A model generated the notes under the pieces. It saw only the letters and a program-made list of their open reading frames with translations. It was not told the DNA's origin and searched no databases. This document shows positions 12,523 through 25,297 of a DNA stretch of 64,000 bases, in pieces. Source of the DNA: Neoechinorhynchus agilis (lineage: Eukaryota; Animalia; Acanthocephala); the NCBI GenBank assembly GCA_051530055.1, contig CM121342.1, positions 6,137,489 to 6,201,488 of the forward strand, given 5' to 3'. A program made the translations under genes and the position numbers. Position 1 is the stretch's first letter. Each line of letters begins with the position of its first letter.

Positions 12523-15500
12523 ATGCTTACATTCCTCATTTGCTTCTTAGTCGTCCTAGGGTGCCACCACCACTTTCTCGCCGCCGCTGATGCTCAACAA
12601 ATCAACCATGAACAACGGCTTATTAAAAATCTATTGGCTGCATATATGACCAATTATAGTAGACCACTTAAAAATCCAAACAAACGAGTACATGTACTCA
12701 TCGGTCTCAGATTAAAGCCATGGTTCAAATATGACCAATTTGCTTTGAAGGGTTTTTTGGTCGATTTATTTGTGCCCATCTCAAAGATAATTCATGGAGA
12801 GAAAACATGCTATTACATCAACCAAAAAATTAACAAAAAATACACCAAGTATTTATCATTTTCCTTAAAGTTTCCTTTTCTACTTCATCTTTTGAGCGAT
12901 TTGCATCAATTTCCCGAATTGTTCATCATGAGATACTAAACGATTCGTCTATTAGCCATTAAAAATCGCTGGATGCAAAAATTCACCGCTTTATTTCCTC
13001 GATATTTCATGTCGTCGAATAATTGTCGGAATTATCCAAAGGTTTATCATTATTTAGCAAGCATAAATTTCCCGAATTGTTCATCATTTAATGGTTTTTT
13101 TCTTCTTTGAACCTCATGAAGATCATGTGGTTCCTGTTTGAAGAAAAAATAATCTAAACCTTTTTTTGTTAAAGGCCATTAAAAATTTACTTTCTTTTTC
13201 TTTTATTGCCTCGATATTTCTCGTCGGAAATAAATTAATCCGAGTTGGCAAAAATAAGAAAAATGAAGTCTCTTTCCCTTAACCTGCCGAAGACAATAAT
13301 CCAAGACATTAAAAATTAATTCTAAGATTGAAGTGGATAAAAGTTCTTGTTTTTTCATAAAACAATTTAAAAAAAGAGAGTCTAAACTCGGTCGGTCGTC
13401 CTGTTGCGAAAAATCTATTTTTTAAAATCACAAATGTTGCATTTTCCTCTCTTTTTTCTTTAAAAGTTTATATTAAAAATAGTAATTAAAGGCATCGGAA
13501 AACTCCAAATATGAACCACTGCATGACTCAAATTACGGATTTCGACGATCGGCATCAGATTCTGACATCTAACATTTGGCAGACTTATCAATGGACTGAC
13601 GAATATCTTCGATGGAACCCATTAGATTATGGTGGTGTAGAAAGTATCGGAATTCCCAGTGAGCCAATTTGGAAACCGGACATCGTCCTGTTAAACTACG
13701 CGGATACTAGAATCGAGGACAAACGAAACGTAAAATGTAAGGTTTATAGCAACGGAGTCGTTATTTGGAAACCAATGTCAATGCTCAAGTCAACATGCCG
13801 AATGAACACTCGATACTTCCCTTACGACCGACAGCAGTGCGAAATGAATTTCGGCAGTAGAACTTACAGTCTAAAACGTCTTGCAATCGATCTACTTCCA
13901 AGAGATGCTTTTACAGTAGAGCAATATATGCCATCAAGTACTTTCACTTTAAGCGATTGGTCTGCTCAAATCATTGAGAAACTAATCAATGACGATTTTA
14001 GTAACGAAGACGAGGCTTATGGAGTTGCAGTTTTTAGAATTATTATTTTGAGGCAGCATATGCGATATGCTTTTATTCTCGTTTTACCATGCATATGAAT
14101 CGGAAATGTAGTCCTTTATCGGAACATTGGAAATTCCTCTTTTCTCTTTTAAGATTTATTACTCTCTCTCTAAACTCGAAGCAAAAACGCTTAGTCCATT
14201 TTTTTGTCCTTGGGTCGCTTATGAACAAACGAAAAGTCGAATGTATTAACGTCAACTATCAATTCTTTTAAAAAAAATTTAGCCTCACGCGAAATGATTG
14301 GTTTAGCGCCACAATTCTTCAATAAGTCGATGGAATTTTCTTTGTTCGTTAAAGAGAACTTCGGTCTTATCGAACCCAATGGAGTGCCACTGACACGTTT
14401 CTTTATCTACTAAGGCAATTTAGCAATTCGTATTATAAATTCTTTAAATCCTCCCTCAACCTTGGCTCCTTTTTCCATACTGTCCAATCTTCTCCCTCTC
14501 TCGGATATCTTAACACGAAATGAACCTAAGGAAAGATTCAAACCTCACGAACTCCACCTGAACTTCTCTAAATGCTTCGAAATGATCCCTTCATCTTCCA
14601 AATGACATCCAATGAGTCAACTCTTTAAGAATTCTACGGCTTCAATTTCAGTAAAATCCTTAATGGGACTTACACATTTCACTCTTGAATGAAATACCTT
14701 TAAAATCTACGTCTTCAAACGCCAAAGCCATTTAAAAATCCCTTCACTCACTACATTTTATTCCTCTTTCACACGAATACAACACTCGCAATCCCGATTC
14801 CTTTAAATCCTCCCTCAACCTTGGCTCCTTTTTTCCATGCTGTCCAATCTTCTCTCTCGGATATCTTAACACGAAATGAACCTAAGGAAAGATTCAAACC
14901 TCACGAACTCCACCTGAACTTCTCTAAATGCTTCGAAATGATCCCTTTATCTTCCAAATGACATCCAATGAGTCAACTATTTAAGAATTCTACGGCTTCA
15001 ATTTCAATAAAATCCTAAATGGGACTTACACATTTCACTCTTGAATGAAATACCTTTAAAATCTACGTCTTCAAACGCCAAAGCCATTTAAAAATCCCTT
15101 CACTCACTACATTTTATTCCTCTTTTCACACGAATACAACACTCGCAATCCCGATTCCTTTAAATCCTCCCTCAACCTTGGCTCCTTTTTTCCATGCTGT
15201 CCAATCTTCTCCCTCTCTCGGATATCTTAACACGAAATGAACCTAAGGAAAGATTCAAACCTCACGAACTCCACCTGAACTTCTCTAAATGCTTCGAAAT
15301 GATCCCTTTATCTTCCAAATGACATCCAATGAGTCAACTATTTAAGAATTCTACGGCTTCAATTTCAATAAAATCCTAAATGGGACTTACACATTTCACT
15401 CTTGAATGAAATACCTTTAAAATCTACGTCTTCAAACGCCAAAGCCATTTAAAAATCCCTTCACTCACTACATTTTATTCCTCTTTTCACACGAATACAA

Positions 15501-18500
15501 CACTCGCAATCCCGATTCCTTTAAATCCTCCCTCAACCTTGGCTCCTTTTTTCCATGCTGTCCAATCTTCTCTCTCGGATATCAAAACACGAAATGAACC
15601 TAAGGAAAGATTCAAACCTCACGAACTCCACCTGAACTTCTCTAAATGCTTCGAAATGATCCCTTTATCTTCCAAATGACATCCAATGAGTCAACTATTT
15701 AAGAATTCTACGGCTTCAATTTCAATAAAATCCTAAATGGGACTTACACATTTCACTCTTGAATGAAATACCTTTAAAATCTACGTCTTCAAACGCCAAA
15801 GCCATTTAAAAATCCCTTCACTCACTACATTTTATTCCCATTTTCACACGAATACAACACTCGCAATCCCGATTCCTTTAAATCCTCCCTCAACCTTGGC
15901 TCCTTTTTTCCATGCTGTCCAATCTTCTCTCTCGGATATCTTAACACGAAATGAACCTAAGGAAAGATTCAAACCTCACGAACTCCACCTGAACTTCTCT
16001 AAATGCTTCGAAATGATCCCTTTATCTTCCAAATGACATCCAATGAGTCAACTATTTAAGAATTCTACGGCTTCAATTTCAATAAAATCCTAAATGGGAC
16101 TTACACATTTCACTCTTGAATGAAATACCTTTAAAATCTACGTCTTCAAACGCCAAAGCCATTTAAAAATCCCTTCACCCACTACATTTTATTCCCATTT
16201 TCACACGAATACAACACTCGCAATCCCGATTCCTTTAAATCCTCCCTCAACCTTGGCTCCTTTTTCCATACTGTCCAATCTTCTCTCTCTCGGATATCTT
16301 AACACGAAATGAACCTAAGGAAAGATTCAAACCTCACGAACTCCACCTGAACTTTCTAAATGCTTCGAAATGATCCCTTTATCTTCCAAATGACATCCAA
16401 TGAGTCAACTCTTTAAGAATTCTACGGCTTCAATTTCAATAAAATCCTAAATGGGACTTACACATTTCACTCTTGAATGAAATACCTTTAAAATCTACGT
16501 CTTCAAACGCCAAAGCCATTTAAAAATCCCTTCACCCACTACATTTTATTCCTCTTTTCACACGAATACAACACTCGCAATCCCGATTCCTTTAAATCCT
16601 CCCTCAACCTTGGCTCCTTTTTTCCATGCTGTCCAATCTTCTCTCTCGGATATCTTAACACGAAATGAACCTAAGGAAAGATTCAAACCTCACGAACTCC
16701 ACCTGAACTTCTCTAAATGCTTCGAAATGATCCCTTTATCTTCCAAATGACATCCAATGAGTCAACTCTTTAAGAATTCTACGGCTTCAATTTCAATAAA
16801 ATCCTAAATGGGACTTACACATTTCACTCTTGAATGAAATACCTTTAAAATCTACGTCTTCAAACGCCAAAGCCATTTAAAAATCCCTTCACTCACTACA
16901 TTTTATTCCTCTTTTCACACGAATACAACACTCGCAATCCCGATTCCTTTAAATCCTCCCTCAACCTTGGCTCCTTTTTCCATGCTGTCCAATCTTCTCT
17001 CTCGGATATCTTAACACGAAATGAACCTAAGGAAAGATTCAAACCTCACGAACTCCACCTGAACTTCTAAATGCTTCGAAATGATCCCTTCATCTTCCAA
17101 ATGACATCCAATGAGTCAACTCTTTAAGAATTCTACGGCTTCAATTTCAATAAAATCCTAAATGGGACTTACACATTTCACTCTTGAATGAAATACCTTT
17201 AAAATCTACGTCTTCAAACGCCAAAGCCATTTAAAAATCCCTTCACCACTACATTTTATTCCTTTTCACAGAATACAACACTCGCAATCCGATTCCTTTA
17301 AATCCTCCCTCAACCTTGGCTCCTTTTTCCATCTGTCCAATCTTCTTCTCGGATATCAACACGAAATGAACCTAAGAAGATTCAAACCTCACGAACTCCA
17401 CCTGAACTTCTAAATGCTTCGAAATGATCCCTTATCTTCCAAATGACATCCAATGATCAACTTTTAAGAATTCTACGGCTTCAATTTCAATAAAATCCTA
17501 AATGGGACTTACACATTTCACTCTTGAATGAAATACCTTTAAAATCTACGTCTTCAAACGCCAAAGCCATTTAAAAATCCCTTCACTCACTACATTTTAT
17601 TCCTCTTTTCACACGAATACAACACTCGCAATCCCGATTCCTTTAAATCCTCCCTCAACCTTGGCTCCTTTTTTCCATGCTGTCCAATCTTCTCTCTCTC
17701 GGATATCTTAACACGAAATGAACCTAAGGAAAGATTCAAACCTCACGAACTCCACCTGAACTTCTCTAAATGCTTCGAAATGATCCCTTTATCTTCCAAA
17801 TGACATCCAATGAATCAACTCTTTAAGAATTCTACGGCTTCAATTTCAATAAAATCCTAAACGGGACTTACACATTTCATTCTTAAACGAAATACCTCTA
17901 AAATCTACGTCTTCAAACGCCAAAGCCATTTAAAAATCCCTTCACCCACTACATTTTATTCCCATTTTCACACGAATACAACACTCGCAATCCCGATTTC
18001 TTTAAATCCTCCCTCAACCTTGGCTCCTTTTTTCCATACTGTCCAATCTTCTCTCGGATATCAAAACACGAAATGAACCTCAACGGAAACAATAACCACC
18101 AACTTTCCCACCCGAACGGACATCCCCCGAGCCGCATTTGTCCACTCGACCGAACCCGTTTAAAAAATCAACAACCGCGTGTTTAAGCCTCTCACAAGCG
18201 GCCCAAATAACAACAAACCTAACGACTTGAACGTCAATGAAAAAAACAGGATCTAGATATTGTTTCGAATTCCCCCTACTCGAAAAATTCCGATTTTTTC
18301 CGTTCAAGTTACATTTCCGATCAATACTTCTATCGATTATGTCATCTTTGATTTATTGGCTTCCTCCGGAGTCTCCATCAAAGCCCAATCTCGGCATGAG
18401 TTTGTTCACCTCGTTTTTCCTCCTTCTCCTTCTCCTCTACGGTATAATGCCGCCTTCTTCGCAAACGTTTCCCCTTATTGGAATCTACTACTGTATAAAT

Positions 18501-18971
18501 ATGTGTCTTATAGCTGCCTCGACAATTATGTGTGCCATTGTGGTTCATATTTATCAGCGAGGAACAGGAGAGCTTCCTGGCTGGTTAAAATATAACTTTC
18601 TCGATTATATGGTTCAAGTGTTAATGGTAGGGCGAGTACAAACAAGCTTACCAATCGAACGACTAATTGCTTCTCGTGAACATGTCCTTTCACCGATCGA
18701 TTCAAGTCCTGTTTGGAATAAATCTTATCGACCTCAAATGAACGCTCCAGCAGATCAATATGAAGATAATGGTTCACTTGTGTTTCTTAAACTCTCACTG
18801 AAGGATGTGATTGCTTATGTTCGAAAGGCCCGAGCTCGAGACGCTGAGATCGAAATCAAAGCTAATCGAACCGAAGATTGGAGACGTCTTGCACTCGTAG
18901 CTGATAGAGTGTTTTTTATTATTTATGTCCTAGTCACTTGTTTAATCACTACTGGTCTTTTCTTTCAATAA
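12523..18971 (+). CDS. Cys-loop ligand-gated ion channel, nAChR-family subunit (non-alpha, anion-type M2 entry)
   Basis: Signal peptide, EQRLIKNLL, W-D--L-W-P--YGG, IWKPDI, Cys-loop CRMNTRYFPYDRQQC, M1-M3 and EDWRRLALVADRVF-M4. Interrupted at 12715-13525 and 14096-18326. Confidence 0.9.
14440..18080. repeat. Satellite, about 358-bp unit, about 10 copies, inside the nAChR interruption
   Basis: aaatcctccctcaacc recurs at 14446, 14805, 15162, 15523 and onward. Confidence 0.95.
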
Positions 18972-19980
18972 ATTCGCGTCCAATTTCTCAATCGGAGATT
19001 CTATACGTGGAAATGAGAGTCCAAATGATATTCCATTTACTTTTGAGCATACTCAATTGATTCTTAGCTTGATTTTAACGTTTTCGAAAGGTTTAAACAA
19101 TAGCGAGTGTTTCCTCGGCAATTCCAACGAAAATAATTATTATTTATGGTTACCGAAATTATTGTGTTTCACCGACTTATTATTGGGACCATTGAATTCA
19201 CACATTAAAACTATTTTTTATACTATTACCAAAACTGTACGCTCGTAGTTTTACGATTTCTATTTGATTCAATAAACTCTTTTACTATTTGCGTATTCTC
19301 TTCAGGATTTAAAAAATATGGAAGCCTTTAGTTAAAAAAAGGAGACTCAAATACAGTTAAAAAGCTGAGAAAAACTTAACGGAATCGAAATGAAGAAGAT
19401 GAAATGCAAATTAATCGCCCAAACGATCTTACAAGTTCTTCGGATTGAAGATGTTCGTCGTTAAACATCAATTAGGATACGATTTTCACATTGGGCTTCT
19501 TAACGAATGTTCTAATTACTCAGAAGCATTATGAATGGAATATAAAGGCATCTAATTTCTTTTAAATGTTTAACTCATTGAGCTTTAAACTGTTCTTTGA
19601 TGTATCCATTTATAGAAACACTGCGATGAAATTAGTCTGTAGAAATCTTCAATGAATCGTAATTTTTAGTTTGATATTAAAAAAGACGATTAAAAGAAGA
19701 AATAGTCATTAAGAGGATTTCGGACTCTCAAATGGCCGAATGCAAAACTATTTGATTTCGTTCAAGCAAAGATAAAAGTGGATATTTAATCGAGAAATAT
19801 TATTTTATGATAAACGAGGTTTCACGGATTGCTCATCTCACTGTTTGATTGGTTTAAATGCATTAATTTTTAAATATTGGTTCGTCCATTGGATCCCAAT
19901 CAGTGATATCAGTTGTAGATGAATTCTCGATCAAATGCTTTGTAGGAATTTTTATCTTTTCTATAATAAAAATAGTCACT

Positions 19981-22900
19981 TCAAAAAAAACCTCGGGTAT
20001 CGATCTTACCTTGCTTGGGCAATACAATCAATGACGCCGATAAAGCCATGAGAATATGCCAGAAGCTATGAGCGATCCAATAGTCTTCTTTGGATTTCCA
20101 TACAACGAAGGTAATAATTCCAAGTATGGCGAATATTGTAGCAGTGAGATAAAACATCAGAATATTTTTTAGAGGCGGGTACATCTTTCCTTCAGTGCGG
20201 CTCTTGTAAACCTTTTAAAACGTTTTTTATGAGTGTTAATTGGCATAAGAATACCCAACTGGAGATCATTATAATAACCGCGACACTTGCAATAATGGAT
20301 AATCCGATCATATTGAATCGATCAACCAAAACACTTATCGCTGATGCGAATATGCAGGCAACGTAGAGGAAGCTCGATACTTTAGGGCTCACTACCGTCA
20401 ATGATATGGCGATTATTGGGAATAGGACGTAGGCGAAGACGAAGTCACCGAGCTGCAAATTCGAATATTCGAGCAAACAATAATATCGTTGGTCGTTGTC
20501 GCAAATGTGGTAAAACTGTGAACGGATTCGGTTAATTGTCGACTTTCACTTATTAATCACTTATTTTTAAGTGCAAACGCTTACTAGAAATCCTAAGCAT
20601 TTTAATAGTTTTTAAAAATCGGATTCAAAAATTCCTCGATATTTTTCCCCAATATTTGTCCTCGAATAATCTCGATCCAAAGAATTGTCATTTAATCGAC
20701 GAGAAATATCTGGGTAATAAATCAGTGAATTTTTGAATCCGGCGGGGAGGCAAAAATAAAAAAATACTCATTTTTATGTCTCGGATTATTGACTTGGGCA
20801 GGGGAGAAGGATACATGGATTCAAAAGTTCCTCGATATTAATTCCCCAATATTTCTCGTCGAATAATTCCGACATTTTTTAGTAAGAATTGTCATTTAAT
20901 CGACGAGAAATATCGGAGAAATAAATAAGTGAATTTTTGAATCCGGCGGGGAGGCAAAAATAAAAGAAAGATACTCATTTTTATTTCTCGGATTATTGTC
21001 TTGGGCGGGGGAAACGATACTCGGATTCAAAAATTCCTCGATATTTTTCCCCAATATTTCTCCTCGAATAATCTCGATATTTTCCCAAAAAAATTGTCAT
21101 TTAATCGATGAGAAATATCGGGGTAATAAATCAGTGGATTTTTGAATCCGGTGGGGAGGCAACAATAAAAAAAATACTCATTTTTATGTCTCGGATTATT
21201 GTCTTGGGCGGGTGAAAAGAGACTTTCTTTTCCTTATTTTTGAAACTTTTAAAATGAATATTAGAAATTTGGAAATCGCAAGTATTTCACAATTTCAGGA
21301 CGTTTATAAAAACTGTAAGCGAGAGCAGTTAAAGAAAAGAGATGACAATTTGAGAACGTTTTTCCTGTTTTCTTTAATTCTAAAAAGACTTACGGTCGAA
21401 AAGAAGAATACACAAAGTGCAGAAAGCGCCACAATATAGTTTTTTCTATAAATAGAGATTCCGACAACGAATAGGAACAATAAGTTACTAAGTGCAAGGA
21501 AAAGTATTTGACCCCATCTTATTGCATTTTCACTTAGCTGCGAGCAATCATTACCAGAGTAGCCTAAATCGCCGTAAGTTTTAGTAATTTTAACGCTAAA
21601 AGCTAACCGAAATTGCATTTGCAACTATATAATGGAAGATCATTGTTCAATGATGCAACACAAACTCCTCGGTTTGAACAGCTTTCACAAGCCTTCAAAA
21701 TCGGTTGTGGAGCACTTGAATTGTCGTTTTTTGTTCTGTTGTACACCAAGAACCACCAACCGGATCGTGGATATTTTATAGCGGGTAATGATGTGGAGTT
21801 TTCATTTGACCATTGCTTTCGTTTAGTCCGTAAGTCGAATTCGTTTAAGAGACATACAGTTTGTAAAGGTTTCTAGAACAAATATTGACTAGGAGTGATG
21901 CTCTTTAAAATGGACAATAATTGATTTTATAGGATCAAAGATCAGGTATCGTGTGTCTTATTAAGTAGAATTCTGGCACATATTTGAATTATTAATTGTT
22001 CCGGACTAACCGTTTCGTATTTAAACAAGTTAAAAACAATTTAAGTTTTTGAATATATATATTTGCCATTGTTAAATTGATATTTGGCGTAATTAAAGAA
22101 TTATAAATTAATTTTAGGCATGAGCGTACTCGAATATTCAGGCCGAAAATTAAATTAATCTATAATTCTTTAATTACGCCAAATATCAATTTAACAATTT
22201 AAGTACTTAAAACCTTCTTTTCAACGACGAGGTGCCTACAAAAAATGCTTTTCTGTACCTTGCTAACTGTTAGAGTTCGTCCAGTTTGCTCGTCCCGAAT
22301 ATAAAACAAATTGAAATAAATTCCTGGCATTGTTTCATTATCAAACTGAAAAAGTTTGACGTTATTTTTCACCGAACCCATCAATGATGGAAGCCTAATG
22401 GTGTTTTTGAAATCTAAACGCTTTTTTAATGGTGAAACGAACTAGAAATTACGAATACCTTCTTCCTTAATAACATATCTGATTGGAATCGGTTTTGTAT
22501 CGATATTTGCATCAATTCGAAGATATATCCGATCGTTTGGATATACCAACGGTAGCTCCATGGGTTTATTGTCTAGTTTGCCTTTAGATTAATCGTAACT
22601 GGAGAATCCTTAAGCTTTTTTCGACTTACTTTTTCTTCGAACACCCACAATTCTATTCCGAAGAAGATGAGCACGAACGGTAACATTTGACGAGTTTGAT
22701 GATAGAAGGCATTTGATTTTTTTAAAGTAACCGTGGTACGGAATGCTATTGAAAGAAAAGATTTGTGAAATTGGGAATTAAATTTTGTTGTTAAGAACTC
22801 TACTCAATATTAATCACATCTCTATATTTTAAAGGAACTTTACAACAATGAGCAAATGAAGCTTAGGCGAATTTTTAGGAGTCATCAAAAAGACTTACCG

Positions 22901-23471
22901 AAATAGATTTAGTCCATTTTTGATCATCAATAAATCGTTATGTGGTTCGCTTACATTCACAGTATCGAAGCAAACCATCAACCCGGCAACAAATGGAGAA
23001 TCACTTGACTTCTATAGAGTTATTTCAGTGGCTGTTTAAATTTAAGAGCGAGAAAAAAGTACGTTATCTTTAAAGAAATAAGTTTGGGCTACAAAAAGGT
23101 TTCCAGGCTCATATTGATTTAGCTCGACATCAATTGAAAAGTTATTATATTCGTTAAGTGGAAGTCTTGGTGCACTTTCCTCAGCAATGAGCTTGTTTTT
23201 GTCTGGATTGAAGACTGGGCGAGCCCCTGATCGGATATTTCTGAATTCGACATTATTTCTATAAATTGCGCATTTCTTAGACTTACAGCGCGACCATTTC
23301 GATTCCTGAATGATTTAGTAACTTGATATTGATTTTTTCGACGTTGTCGGGTATTCGGAACATAATTGCAGGTTCCGGGATATCCGAAGGGACAACATGG
23401 GATATTTGGAATTGGCACTGATCCCAACAACAAGCAGTGGACGAGATTGTGAGGACAACAAAAAGAAACAT
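19981..23471 (-). CDS. TMEM8/PGAP6-like membrane protein (EGF-like domain plus 7TM)
   Basis: Signal peptide, NIRSGARPVFNP, YPRSGWWFL, EGF-like CESCSNRGVC...CKCNFGYSGNDC, LALSNLLF, FFST/FYHICD, LQLGDF and HSFWHILMALS. GT-AG introns; some middle exons are approximate. Confidence 0.75.
20624..21212. repeat. About 204-bp palindromic unit x3 in TMEM8-like intron
   Basis: ggattcaaaaattcctcgatat...gaatttttgaatcc; same family as 54741-56700. Confidence 0.85.
22068..22198. repeat. Perfect 38-bp inverted repeat (MITE-like) in intron
   Basis: 22068-22105 is the reverse complement of 22161-22198. Confidence 0.9.
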
Positions 23472-23736
23472 TTAGTACACTTTTTAGACTCGGCGGTCAC
23501 ACATTTTTAAAGTGAGACATTAGAGAGACGGTGATTCAACGAAAAGGGCTTGTAAACACACTTGGAGCGTAGGATTCACCTTTTTAAAAACCGTGAAAAT
23601 GAGCGACGGGACCATTTGAAAGCTCCAATCTTAATCCAGTTACCAATGGCGACTACATTGAACCATATATTTTGTTACTATAGAAACAAAAGTCGTGTTT
23701 ATGAGACGAACAGATTGATAATTATAGTAGAGACAA

Positions 23737-24345
23737 ATGAGTATGTCAAGTCACTCTGAAGAGCTCAAAGAATTGGTTCGGTTTTTGGGAGAAGAGAATA
23801 TTGAGGAAGTTTCAAAACCAAGTCGTTATTTGGACTTTAGAGTTATATTATTAGGAGATCAGAATCTAAAGTATGTGAAGCCGGGTATTTTTGATTATAG
23901 GAGAGAAACATATATTCGTACTTTCACTGAAGGTCGTCTGGAAGGAATTAAAAATTTCATTTTAACGACAAAGTTCGTCAATCTTCGTAAATTTGTCTTA
24001 CATGCAGGTGCGGAGGATTTAAATGAAGATGCTCTATCGCCGGATGAAGTTGCTCTAAGAATTAAAGCTATTATTTTTGCAATAAAGTCATTGGCCCCCG
24101 GTTGTGAGGTTTATATCTCGCTACAGTTTATGTGGAAGGATGATAGTGAATCTGAACACAAAACAAAACTACTAAATCGATTGATAAAACAAATGGCCTG
24201 TAATGATATGAAGATCTTTGTGATTCCCCAAAGTGATTTGGTCCATTCACCTCCTGGAATGTTTGAGAACTCGAAGTTTGTCAATCAGGATCACGGAACT
24301 CCAATGTTTGTTTCGGAGATCAAGAAAGTTTTAAGACTTCATTAA
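23737..24345 (+). CDS. Intronless SGNH/GDSL-fold protein, probably catalytically dead
   Basis: VILLGDQ (block I), FVLHAGAEDL (block III), then N--I---C and a C-terminal helix; no catalytic Ser, Asn or DxxH. Confidence 0.55.
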   Translation: MSMSSHSEELKELVRFLGEENIEEVSKPSRYLDFRVILLGDQNLKYVKPGIFDYRRETYIRTFTEGRLEGIKNFILTTKFVNLRKFVLHAGAEDLNEDALSPDEVALRIKAIIFAIKSLAPGCEVYISLQFMWKDDSESEHKTKLLNRLIKQMACNDMKIFVIPQSDLVHSPPGMFENSKFVNQDHGTPMFVSEIKKVLRLH

Positions 24346-24917
24346 ATATTTTTTCAGTTAAAACCACTAAGATTTATACGGTTTAACAAAAAAATTAAAT
24401 CCGATTGTTTTCGGCGCAATATCGTGTCTTTATCAAGGTTGTTGGAAAAGTGTTTAAAACGCACAAACACTACTAAAAAAAATAAGTTCAAGTGCGGATT
24501 AAGCTCGAATTTTCCGTCAACCATTTGTTTGGATAATTGTCATTTCAGTTGTATATATTCCATGAGTGCTTTTGAACGTCTCTTGCCGTCCAAAAAAAAA
24601 GATCATTTTAAACCCTTTTATTTCTATTCCAAAATAATTCTCATTTCAAAAGCTACTATTATTCTTTACAATCTCTATGACAATCAAGAGCTTCAACTCC
24701 GTCTTATTTTCGTAAGACTTTGTTCAAAAGATTTTGAGTTCTCTAAAAAAAGTTGCTATTCGAACGAAAACTTATTGATGCAGAACGTCTCTTTGTAGAG
24801 CTTTATGGCTAGAATAGATTTTTACAATGTTGAAATGGATATTTTAACGTCGTTGTGTGTTTTCTTCGTCACATTAAAACTTTCGGTGGTTAAGTTAGCT
24901 CGTTGTTATTTAATCGA

Positions 24918-25174
24918 ATGGGACTTGAGCAAATCATTTTGGCACTAAGCATCACCGTAGTCGTACTGTTAATCCTTTTATTACTGATGGTCTACGCTTA
25001 TATACGAGCTGTTTGCTGGTAATAAAATGATCTTTGTCTTAACTGAATTTCCGCTTGATTTTCAGTGAACCACATAAATTCGGCAAAAGGAAACTGGATG
25101 CTATTTTAAACGATATGGTTCAACATCACAAGGCAACATCAACCCATGAACGGACCACATCTATAAAGGAATGA
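24918..25174 (+). CDS. Putative small single-pass membrane protein, 2 exons
   Basis: MGLEQIILALSITVVVLLILLLLMVYAYIRAVC, then a GT-AG intron with pyrimidine tract, then EPHKFGKRK...SIKE*. Confidence 0.45.
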
Positions 25175-25297
25175 TCAAAGTTTATGAAAAATTTAAATTA
25201 TTCTTTATTTTTAAACCAGTTTGAAATTTACATCGATTTGCGGAATCGTGGGACTCTTTACAGGAAATTTCATCCAAATGCAAAAGACCTGACATTT

